From Capsulimonadaceae bacterium (GTDB lineage Bacteria; Armatimonadota; Armatimonadia; Armatimonadales; Capsulimonadaceae), in the NCBI GenBank assembly GCA_965215505.1, contig OZ244065.1, positions 4,768,001 through 4,832,000 on the forward strand: a stretch of DNA of 64,000 bases. The letters are read 5' to 3'. Each line of letters starts with the position of its first letter. Position 1 is the first letter of the stretch. Shown here piece by piece: positions 26,366 to 34,310 of this stretch. Under the pieces are notes generated by a model. It ran no database searches. It was not told where the DNA came from and worked only from the letters and a program-made list of their open reading frames with translations. Position numbers and translations under genes: made by a program.

Positions 26366-26895
26366 ACGGAGGGGCGGGGTTCACCCCCGCCCCTTTGACT
26401 CTCCTCCGCGCCTTGGAGCAGAAACACATAGTCGAAATTCGGCGGGGCAATCCCCATCCGCTGCAAGGCCATCGAGATCTGCCCCGTGTGCCACGTCTGG
26501 TGATTGCATAAGTGCAGCAGGACCTCTTCCGCCGTCAGCCGCACCGTCCGGCCCCACTGCGGCAGGTCGGTCGTGATGACGCGGCTCAACGCCTCGGCAT
26601 CAGCGCGGGCGGCGAACTCCAAAGTGCGGGCGCGAATCCGGTCCCAATCGGCGAACAGTCCTTCCAGCGTCCCTGCCGGTGCGTCCTCATAGCGGGGCGG
26701 CGGGCCTTCCCCGTAGAGCCGCCCCAGGGTCCAGCGCCGCTCCGCGCCGACGAGGTGCGCGACGAGCTGCCCGACCGTCTTGTAGGCCGCCGTCGTCTCG
26801 AACGGCACGCCCAGCGTCTCCGGGTGCGCGGTCAAAGTCTCATGCAAAAGGCGGCGGGCGTTCTCGGCGTAGGCGAGTTGGCGGCGGATGTCCAT
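26362..26895 (-). CDS. DinB family protein
   Basis: HLVGAERRW and HLCNHQTWHTGQI motifs. Confidence 0.85.
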   Translation of the reverse strand: MDIRRQLAYAENARRLLHETLTAHPETLGVPFETTAAYKTVGQLVAHLVGAERRWTLGRLYGEGPPPRYEDAPAGTLEGLFADWDRIRARTLEFAARADAEALSRVITTDLPQWGRTVRLTAEEVLLHLCNHQTWHTGQISMALQRMGIAPPNFDYVFLLQGAEESQRGGGEPRPSV

Positions 26896-26945
26896 GCCGC
26901 CATTGTACCTCATGCCGCACCCCCTAATCGGGTACAATGGAGGCC

Positions 26946-27716
26946 ATGAAAGTCACCGTCCTCGGCTGCGGCACCTCCCACGGCGTCCCCATGATCGGCT
27001 GCGACTGCGCGGTCTGCACCTCCCCCGACCCGCGCAACCGACGCCTGCGCCCCTCCATCCTGGTCACCGCCGACGACGGCGCGAACGTCCTGGTGGACAC
27101 GCCGCCCGAGATGCGGATCGCCTTCCTGGAAAACCACGTCCGGCGGCTCGATGCCATCCTCTACACGCACTCCCACGCCGACCACATCTTCGGGCTGGAC
27201 GACGTCCGCACCTTCAACTACCGCAGCGGGGCCGCCATGCCGGTCTACGCCGAGCCGAACGTGCTGACCGACATCCGGCGCATCTACGCCTACATCTTCC
27301 AGCCCACCCAGGTCGGCGGCGGCAAGCCCCAGGTGGAGCTGCTTGAAACCGGGCCGGGCGTGGCTATGGCCCTGCACGGCCTGGACATCCTGCCCCTGCG
27401 CGTCTGCCACGGCCGCCTGCCCATACTCGCCTACAAGTTCGGCCCGCGCTTCGCCTACGTCACCGACGTCAGCGTCATCCCGCCCGAAACCTGGCCGCAC
27501 CTCGAAGGCCTCGACGTGCTGATGCTTGACGCCGTCCGCCGCGACCCGCACGAAACCCATTTCCACCTCGACGCCGCTTTAGAAACCATCGCCCTGCTCC
27601 AGCCCAAGCGCACGCTGTTGACCCACCTCTCCCACGACTACGACTACGCCCCGACCAACCTCGAACTCCCCCCCGGCGTCGAACTCGCCTACGACGGCCA
27701 GACCCTGGAACTGTGA
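26946..27716 (+). CDS. MBL-fold metallohydrolase (PhnP/YycJ-like)
   Basis: LGCGTSHGVP..GC.C.VC, THSHADH..GLDD, THLSH, AYDG. Confidence 0.9.
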   Translation: MKVTVLGCGTSHGVPMIGCDCAVCTSPDPRNRRLRPSILVTADDGANVLVDTPPEMRIAFLENHVRRLDAILYTHSHADHIFGLDDVRTFNYRSGAAMPVYAEPNVLTDIRRIYAYIFQPTQVGGGKPQVELLETGPGVAMALHGLDILPLRVCHGRLPILAYKFGPRFAYVTDVSVIPPETWPHLEGLDVLMLDAVRRDPHETHFHLDAALETIALLQPKRTLLTHLSHDYDYAPTNLELPPGVELAYDGQTLEL

Positions 27717-27783
27717 TCGTGCAGGAATTTCGCCCCGCTCCGCCGAATGACCAGTCTGTCAATCACCAGGCAAGCAAGTCCCC

Positions 27784-30333
27784 ATGCCCAAAGAAGCCAA
27801 AGCGCGCATCAAGATCAATAAACTGCTGGAAGAGGCCGGATGGCGCTTCTTCGACGATGAGAACGGCCCGGCAAACATTGCCCTAGAGCCGAACGTCAAG
27901 CTCACGCAGACAAAAGTGGATGCTCTCGGGCAGGACTTCGAAACCGCCATGAACGGCTTCATTGATTTCCTGCTGCTGGACGCCAATGGTTTCCCCGTCG
28001 CCGTACTCGAAGCCAAGGCGGAGGATAAAAACCCACTCATCGGCAAGGAGCAGGCCCGAAAGTACGCCAGAGCGCAGGACTGCCGCTTTGTGATCCTCTC
28101 CAACGGCGACCTGCATTATTTCTGGGACTTGCTCCACGGCAACCCCCACCAGATCACCGACTTCCCCCAGCCGGACTCCATCCAAACCCGCACCACCTTC
28201 CAGCCCAGCCCCGACAATCTCGTCGCCGAGCCGGTGGGGCGGGATTACATCGCGCTGACCCAGATGCCGGGCTACGCGCAGGAAGTCGGCTGGAAAGACG
28301 AGGTCGAGCGGCCCGCGTTTTTGGAGAAGAACAAACTGCGGCTGCTGCGCCGGTATCAGGAGCAGGCCGTTCATAAGCTGCAAGCGGCGGTCCAGGCCGG
28401 CAAAGATCGGTTCCTGTTCGAGATGGCGACCGGCACCGGCAAGACCCTCACGTCGGCGGCCGTCATCAAGCTCTTCCTGCGGAGCGGCAACGCCCGCCGG
28501 GTCCTGTTCCTGGTGGACCGCCTGGAACTCGAAGACCAGGCTGACAAAGCCTTCACGGCACTGCTGAAGAATGATTTCAGTTCCGTGATCTACAAGGAGA
28601 AGCGGGACGAGTGGCGCAAAGCGGAGATCGTTGTCACCACGGTACAGTCTCTGCTTCACAACAACCGCTTCAAATCTCTCTTCTCGCCGACCGACTTTGA
28701 CCTCGTGATCTCCGATGAAGCCCACCGCTCGATCAGCGGGGACGCCCGCGCCGTCTTTGAATATTTCGTCGGCTACAAGCTGGGCCTGACGGCTACGCCC
28801 AAAGACTACCTGCGGAAGAATCACCAGGCCACCCCTGCCACACGCGACCCGCGCGAGATCGAGCGCCGGCACCTGCTGGACACCTACAAGACCTTTGGCT
28901 GCGACTCCGGCGAGCCGACCTTCCGGTACACGCTGCTGCAAGGCGTTGAAGATGGGTATCTCATCAACCCGATTGTGGTGGATGCCCGCACGGATGTCAC
29001 GACCGAGTTGATCTCGGAAGAGGGCTACGCGGTGATCGTGGCCTCGGAAGAGGAAGGGGAACCCGAGGGGGAAGCGACGTTCGTTCACAAGGACTTTGAG
29101 AAAAAGTTCTTTTCCGAGCCGACCAACCGCCTCTTCTGCGAGACGTTCCTCAAGAACGCGCTGCGGGACCCGATCAGCGGCGAGATCGGCAAAACCCTCG
29201 TGTTCGCCGTCAGCCAGAACCACGCGGCGAAGCTGACCCAGATCCTCAACGAGATGGCGGATGCCCTGTTCCCTGGCAAGTACCAGTCTGATTTTGCCGT
29301 GCAGGTCACGTCCCAGGTTGACCATGCCCAGCAGTTCACGATCAACTTCACCAACAACACCCTGCTCGGCTCAGGCAACTTCCTGGACAGCTACAAGACC
29401 AGCAAAGCCCGCGTCTGCGTTACTGTCGGCATGATGACGACGGGCTACGACTGCCCCGACCTGCTCAACCTCGCCCTGATGCGTCCGATCTTCTCCCCCG
29501 CTGACTTCGTGCAGATCAAAGGACGCGGCACCCGCAAGCACCGGTTTACCGATGAGCTGTTCGATGCCGCCTCAAGAGCCGACGTGGCCCACCCGGATAA
29601 GCTGCACTATAAGCTCTTTGACTTCTTCGCCAACTGCGAATACTTCGAGGAGAAGTTCGTCTACAATGAGGTCCTGAAGCTGCCGCGCCTCAGCAGCCCG
29701 CGGAAGATCAGGGAGAACACGGACGGCGATCAAGGCGGTGCGTATCAGTACGGCTATGAGTACGCCGGCCCGGACGACGTGCAGACCTTCACCGAAACCC
29801 AGATCGGGCTGGACGGCATGAAGATCGACCGGATGCTGTTCCAGAAGTTTGAAAAGGCCGTGACCGGCGATGCCGCAGTCCAGGCCCTGGTGGACGATGA
29901 CCGCTGGGAGCAGGCGGCCACTTATGTCGTGGAACACCTGCTGGATAAGCCCGCCGAATACTTCACCCTGGACAAGCTCCGCAAGGCCGCCGGCATAGAC
30001 CGGCGGCTCGGCCTGCGCGAGATCCTGGAAAAAGCCTTCGGGCGCATCAGCCGCTTCAAGTCCAAAGACGAGCTGCTGGAAGAGGAGTTCGGCAAGTTCC
30101 TCCTGACCAACCATGTCACCGAGGTCGAGAACATGGCCGCCCTGCGCTACTTCTTCAAAGCGTATGCCACCGACAGCCACCTGCGCCAGATCCTCGACAG
30201 CGGCGAGTTGACCAAACTGAACACGAACCCCACGCTCACGGTTTCCGACTTCAAAGCCGTGCCGGAGGAATGGCGGAAGCGCCTCCCCGAGTACATCAAA
30301 GACTACGTCTCGCTTAACTCGTTCCTGTCGTGA
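27784..30333 (+). CDS. hsdR: Type I restriction enzyme R subunit (nuclease + SF2 translocase)
   Basis: D..LEAK nuclease motif, MATGTGKT, DEAHRS, GLTATP, MMTTGYD, QIKGRGTR. Confidence 0.9.
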   Translation: MPKEAKARIKINKLLEEAGWRFFDDENGPANIALEPNVKLTQTKVDALGQDFETAMNGFIDFLLLDANGFPVAVLEAKAEDKNPLIGKEQARKYARAQDCRFVILSNGDLHYFWDLLHGNPHQITDFPQPDSIQTRTTFQPSPDNLVAEPVGRDYIALTQMPGYAQEVGWKDEVERPAFLEKNKLRLLRRYQEQAVHKLQAAVQAGKDRFLFEMATGTGKTLTSAAVIKLFLRSGNARRVLFLVDRLELEDQADKAFTALLKNDFSSVIYKEKRDEWRKAEIVVTTVQSLLHNNRFKSLFSPTDFDLVISDEAHRSISGDARAVFEYFVGYKLGLTATPKDYLRKNHQATPATRDPREIERRHLLDTYKTFGCDSGEPTFRYTLLQGVEDGYLINPIVVDARTDVTTELISEEGYAVIVASEEEGEPEGEATFVHKDFEKKFFSEPTNRLFCETFLKNALRDPISGEIGKTLVFAVSQNHAAKLTQILNEMADALFPGKYQSDFAVQVTSQVDHAQQFTINFTNNTLLGSGNFLDSYKTSKARVCVTVGMMTTGYDCPDLLNLALMRPIFSPADFVQIKGRGTRKHRFTDELFDAASRADVAHPDKLHYKLFDFFANCEYFEEKFVYNEVLKLPRLSSPRKIRENTDGDQGGAYQYGYEYAGPDDVQTFTETQIGLDGMKIDRMLFQKFEKAVTGDAAVQALVDDDRWEQAATYVVEHLLDKPAEYFTLDKLRKAAGIDRRLGLREILEKAFGRISRFKSKDELLEEEFGKFLLTNHVTEVENMAALRYFFKAYATDSHLRQILDSGELTKLNTNPTLTVSDFKAVPEEWRKRLPEYIKDYVSLNSFLS

Positions 30334-30347
30334 CGGAGTCGCAAGCC

Positions 30348-30535
30348 GAGTCCCCTCCCGTCTCGTCCCTCGCCACCCTCCCCACTCCGTGGAGAGGGTT
30401 AGCAAAGAAACACAGGGGCGACGGGGCGCGGTCGGAAAAAGAAGCGGTATTTCCGTTGCCGGCACCAATCATCCGGCATCTTAACCCTCTCCACGGAGTG
30501 GGGAGGGTGGCGAGGGACGAGACGGGAGGGGACTC
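30348..30535. repeat. Inverted-repeat doublet A (perfect 54-bp arms 30348-30401 / 30482-30535)
   Basis: Arms are exact reverse complements and contain a CCCTCCCC-ACTCCGT-GGAGAGGG hairpin. Confidence 0.9.
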
Positions 30536-30566
30536 CTTTTCCCCTGCCCAGGCCAAGGAGAGCCCT

Positions 30567-30992
30567 ATGACACCCGAAGAAGCGCGGCGGCGCGAAGAGG
30601 CCCGAAACAACCGGCAGATGCAGTGGAGGCTGGCCCGCGAGGCCCGACGGGAGCCGACTCCCGCTGAGAAGGCGCTCTGGGAGCGGGTGCGCGCCCACCG
30701 CTGCGGTGGCCTGAGCATCCGGCGGCAGACCCTCGTCGGCCCGTTCCGCCTCGACTTCTACTGCCCCGCCAAGAAGCTGGTCATCGAGGTAGACGGCGGC
30801 ATCCATCAAGAGCCGGAGGTCGCCCGCCGGGACCGCGACCGGCAGCAGGCCCTGGAACACGACTTCGGCTTCCGATTCCTGCGGCTGACCAACGACGTCG
30901 TACTCAGGCGGCCGGACGAAGCCGTCGCCGCCATCCTGGCCGCCGCCCGTGCGTCAGAGGACATGTCAGAGGATGTGGAGGACGCGGAATAG
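30567..30992 (+). CDS. DUF559 (Vsr-like) endonuclease domain protein
   Basis: AAGGAG RBS; T.AEKALW, RRQ..VGPFRLDFYC, LVIEVDGGIH, D..R, FLRLTN. Confidence 0.88.
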   Translation: MTPEEARRREEARNNRQMQWRLAREARREPTPAEKALWERVRAHRCGGLSIRRQTLVGPFRLDFYCPAKKLVIEVDGGIHQEPEVARRDRDRQQALEHDFGFRFLRLTNDVVLRRPDEAVAAILAAARASEDMSEDVEDAE

Positions 30993-30999
30993 GAAGCCG

Positions 31000-31211
31000 G
31001 AGTCCCCTCCCGTCTCGTTCCTCGCCACCCTCCCCACTCCGTGGAGAGGGTTGGAAGTTAGGAAAGAGGGGGTGCGCGGGTGAGTAGGCGTGGCCCCACG
31101 CGCCGACCCACACGCCGACCCCACATGGCAGCGCCGCATGAATCCTCGTCTTATCTTGACCTTCTCCACGCAGTGGGGAGGGTGGCGAGGAACGAGACGG
31201 GAGGGGACTCC
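31000..31211. repeat. Inverted-repeat doublet B, same family as A
   Basis: 31000-31052 and 31159-31211 near-identical to the arms of doublet A. Confidence 0.88.
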
Positions 31212-31278
31212 CTTCCGCTTTCCTCCCAGTGGCCGCCGCTTCCCAGTGGCCGCCGCTTCACCTTGAAAGTCCTACTAT

Positions 31279-33174
31279 ATGCTAGACTCCGTCACCAAAC
31301 GCCGCATTGACTCCTGCCGGGATATTCTTGTCGGCAAAGTGCCCGATCCCAAATCCCAGGTCGAACAGATCACCATCGCCCTCATCTACAAGTTCATGGA
31401 CGACATGGATGCCGAGTCGGAACTACTCGGTGGCAGGCGCTCCTTTTTTGCCGGGGACTTCGCCAAGTACGGCTGGGCCAAGCTGCTCTCCCCCGCCGTC
31501 GGCGGCTTCGACATGATCGCCCTTTACAGCGAAGCCATCGCCAAGATGCCCCAGAACCCCGGCGTTCCGACCCTCTTCCGCGACATCTTCAAGAACGCCT
31601 ACCTGCCGTACCGCGACCCCGAAACCCTGCGCGCCTTCCTCAAGGAGATCAACGGCTTTACCTACGAACACTCCGAGAAGCTGGGCGATGCCTTCGAGTA
31701 CCTGCTGTCCGTGCTGGGCAGCCAGGGCGATGCCGGCCAGTTCCGTACCCCACGCCACATCATCGACTTCATCGTGTCCGTCGTGGACCCCCAGAAGGAA
31801 GATACCGTCCTCGACCCCGCCTGCGGCACGGCCGGCTTCCTGATCTCCTCCTACAAGCATATCCTCCAGGCCAATGGGAAGGACCGGCCCGGCGATCTGC
31901 TCACCGCCGACGAGCGCATCCGACTGGCCAAGAACCTGACCGGCTACGACATTTCCCCCGATATGGTCCGGCTCTCCCTCGCCAATCTCTACCTGCATGG
32001 CTTCACCGACCCGCAGGTGGAGGAGTACGACACGCTGACCAGTGAGGACAAGTGGAACGAGTACGCCGATGTCATCCTCGCCAACCCGCCCTTCATGTCC
32101 CCCAAAGGCGGCATCAAGCCGCACAAGCGGTTCTCCGTCCAGTCCAACCGCAGCGAAGTCCTGTTCGTGGACTACATCGCCGAACACCTGACCCCGGCGG
32201 GCCGGGCGGGCGTGATCGTCCCGGAGGGCATCATTTTCCAGTCGGGGGGCGCGTACAAGGACCTCCGCAAGATGCTGGTGACGAAGCACCTTGTCGCCGT
32301 GATCTCGCTGCCCTCGGGTATCTTCCAGCCCTACACCGGCGTTAAGACCAGCGTCCTCATTTTCGACCGGCGCAGGGCCAAAGAGAACCGCAGTATTCTG
32401 TTCACCGAGATCAAAAACATCGGCTTCAGTCTGGGCGCGAAGCATACCCAAATTGACGCGAACGATCTGCCGCAGTCACTCCTTGACTACCGTGCCTTCC
32501 GGGACGGGCAGGCAATTCATTCTGGCATCTCGTTCACTGTCCCGAAGGAGAAGATCGCAGCCAACGGTTACATCCTGAGCGCGCAGCGTTACCGTGCCTT
32601 GGCTCCTAGAGGTGACGGTTTCCGCTTCCTCGCCTTGTCAGAGGTTTGTACTATAGAGAAGGGAAAGTCGTCCAGCACTAAAACTAAGCCGGGTCCATTC
32701 CCGTTGGTCCTAACGGCTGAAACGCGCGGTTTCTCTGATCACTATGACTTCGAAGGCGACGCTGTGTGTGTGCCGTTAATTTCCTCGACTGGTCACGGAA
32801 AAGCCTCAATCAAGCGAATACACTATGCCGCCGAGCGGTTCGCGCTGGCGGACTTGATGGTGGCTTTAAGGCCTGTTGACCCAGATACGTTAGACACGCG
32901 GTTCCTGTTCCATGTTCTGAACCAAGTTAAGCCAGCCTTAGCGGGCTTGATGTCCGGGGCCGCTAATGTGTCCATGAAAGCATCCGATCTAGGGGACTTC
33001 CAAATTCCTATCCCTCCTCTCGCCACGCAGAAGGAGATCGTGGCGTATCAGCATCGTGTCGATGAACTCAGGCGCGAGATAGCTGAGCAGGAACGGAACA
33101 TTACTGAGGCCATCAGCCGCGTGTGGGGTGACAACGGTTCCGTAGTGGAAAGTGACGCGGAAGACGTAGAATGA
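31279..33174 (+). CDS. hsdM: N6-adenine DNA methyltransferase fused to a single HsdS-type target recognition domain
   Basis: GQFRTPRH, DPACGTAGFL, NPPF; C-terminal TRD with IPIPPLATQKEIV coiled coil. Confidence 0.9.
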   Translation: MLDSVTKRRIDSCRDILVGKVPDPKSQVEQITIALIYKFMDDMDAESELLGGRRSFFAGDFAKYGWAKLLSPAVGGFDMIALYSEAIAKMPQNPGVPTLFRDIFKNAYLPYRDPETLRAFLKEINGFTYEHSEKLGDAFEYLLSVLGSQGDAGQFRTPRHIIDFIVSVVDPQKEDTVLDPACGTAGFLISSYKHILQANGKDRPGDLLTADERIRLAKNLTGYDISPDMVRLSLANLYLHGFTDPQVEEYDTLTSEDKWNEYADVILANPPFMSPKGGIKPHKRFSVQSNRSEVLFVDYIAEHLTPAGRAGVIVPEGIIFQSGGAYKDLRKMLVTKHLVAVISLPSGIFQPYTGVKTSVLIFDRRRAKENRSILFTEIKNIGFSLGAKHTQIDANDLPQSLLDYRAFRDGQAIHSGISFTVPKEKIAANGYILSAQRYRALAPRGDGFRFLALSEVCTIEKGKSSSTKTKPGPFPLVLTAETRGFSDHYDFEGDAVCVPLISSTGHGKASIKRIHYAAERFALADLMVALRPVDPDTLDTRFLFHVLNQVKPALAGLMSGAANVSMKASDLGDFQIPIPPLATQKEIVAYQHRVDELRREIAEQERNITEAISRVWGDNGSVVESDAEDVE

Positions 33175-33527
33175 CACATTCAACAGCCCTCATCTCTGCG
33201 CTATCCGCGAAGTATGGTATCCAAGAAACCGACGTGATAGGAATAGCCGTGGCTGTTTTGAAGGACTTACATCGCGTTGCTGTGCAGGGCGAACAAGGAC
33301 CTATGACCGCGCTTTACGAGTGCAAGTGGCTACTCGACGAGGAAGGGCAATACCATCTTGTCGGAGTTGTCGCCGAGCTTATGAGAGAGGAAGCCCCGGA
33401 TTACTACAGAGGGCTGATAGAAGACGTTTTCCGATATGTTAGCCCCGAGCGTGACCTCCGGAACGAGGGGTTGAAGCGCTGGGTGAATGAGAAACAATCA
33501 AGCCGCGCTGTAAACGACAGCGATTAG
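33171..33527 (+). CDS. Hypothetical protein, lower GC
   Basis: ATGA overlap with the methyltransferase stop. Confidence 0.55.
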   Translation: MTHSTALISALSAKYGIQETDVIGIAVAVLKDLHRVAVQGEQGPMTALYECKWLLDEEGQYHLVGVVAELMREEAPDYYRGLIEDVFRYVSPERDLRNEGLKRWVNEKQSSRAVNDSD

Positions 33528-33647
33528 GCCATCGTGGCGGAGATCGAGGAGGAGCAGCGGCTGGTGGCGGCGAGCAAGGAACTGGTGCGGCGCTTCGAGG
33601 CCAAAAGCAAGGACGCCATCCGCCGCGTGTGGGGGGAGGGGGCGTAG
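33528..33647 (+). pseudogene. Orphan C-terminal coiled coil of an HsdM-S protein
   Basis: AIVAEIEEEQRLVAASKELVRRFEAKSKDAIRRVWGEGA*, resembling the end of the upstream gene (EIVA...EAISRVWG). Confidence 0.7.
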
Positions 33648-33652
33648 GGAGA

Positions 33653-33844
33653 GGAGTCCCCTCCCCCCGCCCCTCCCCACTGCGTGGAGAGGGGAGCCGG
33701 AAGAAGAACGTGCCGGGCCTTGTCCGCGTCAGCCTTCCTCGGATCGGACTGGTGCCTTTTCTCGCTTCCGGCCTCCTCTAATTCCCCACTCGACTTCTTA
33801 CTCCCCTCTCCACGCAGTGGGGAGGGGCGGGGGGAGGGGACTCC
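33653..33844. repeat. Inverted-repeat doublet C (perfect 44-bp arms), same family as A/B
   Basis: 33653-33696 is the reverse complement of 33801-33844. Confidence 0.88.
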
Positions 33845-33881
33845 TTCCGCGTCCCTCCCCGGCCTGGAGACCCATGGGCCA

Positions 33882-34124
33882 TCATGGCCCGTCTGCCCCG
33901 AGCCAGAAGTCGTGCGGGAGGGGGGCCTCAAAATCCTCCGCGATCCAGTACCGGCCCGCGTGCAGGCCCGGCGTCCGGGGGGACTGCCGCACCGCGTTAT
34001 CCTCCGCCTCGGTCTCGCGCAGGGCAAGATGCTGGATGTACCCGGCCACATCCCGACCCTCGCGGGCGGCCCGGCGCGTCAGCCGGTCTGCGGCATCCAG
34101 CGGCAGTTCAATGGTGATGGTCAT
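33882..34124 (-). CDS. Putative antitoxin (DUF2281-like), no adjacent toxin
   Basis: MTITIELP... N-terminus and RTPGLHAG..WIAEDFEAPLP.DFW C-terminus typical of PIN-toxin-associated antitoxins. Confidence 0.65.
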   Translation of the reverse strand: MTITIELPLDAADRLTRRAAREGRDVAGYIQHLALRETEAEDNAVRQSPRTPGLHAGRYWIAEDFEAPLPHDFWLGADGP

Positions 34125-34218
34125 AGGGGAGTATGCCTGATGTAGAGGCCGTAGGGGTTATCCTGGTAAAGTCGCGCGGCGGGCAGACTTGGTCATGTCC
34201 CGCCGCAAGGCCCCGCCC

Positions 34219-34247
34219 TTGACAACCGCCGCGCGGGCCTCTATAAT
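34219..34247 (+). promoter_or_regulatory. Perfect-consensus sigma70 promoter upstream of the glycoside hydrolase cluster
   Basis: TTGACA-17 nt-TATAAT. Confidence 0.85.
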
Positions 34248-34310
34248 AGCAATACATACCCCCGTCAATGCCCGCGCGTGAACGCCCACGCGCCCCGTAA
34301 GGTCTTTCCC

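Noticed and set aside
30330-30566. N-terminal extension of the DUF559 ORF
   Set aside because: It merely translates inverted-repeat doublet A; an RBS precedes the ATG at 30567.
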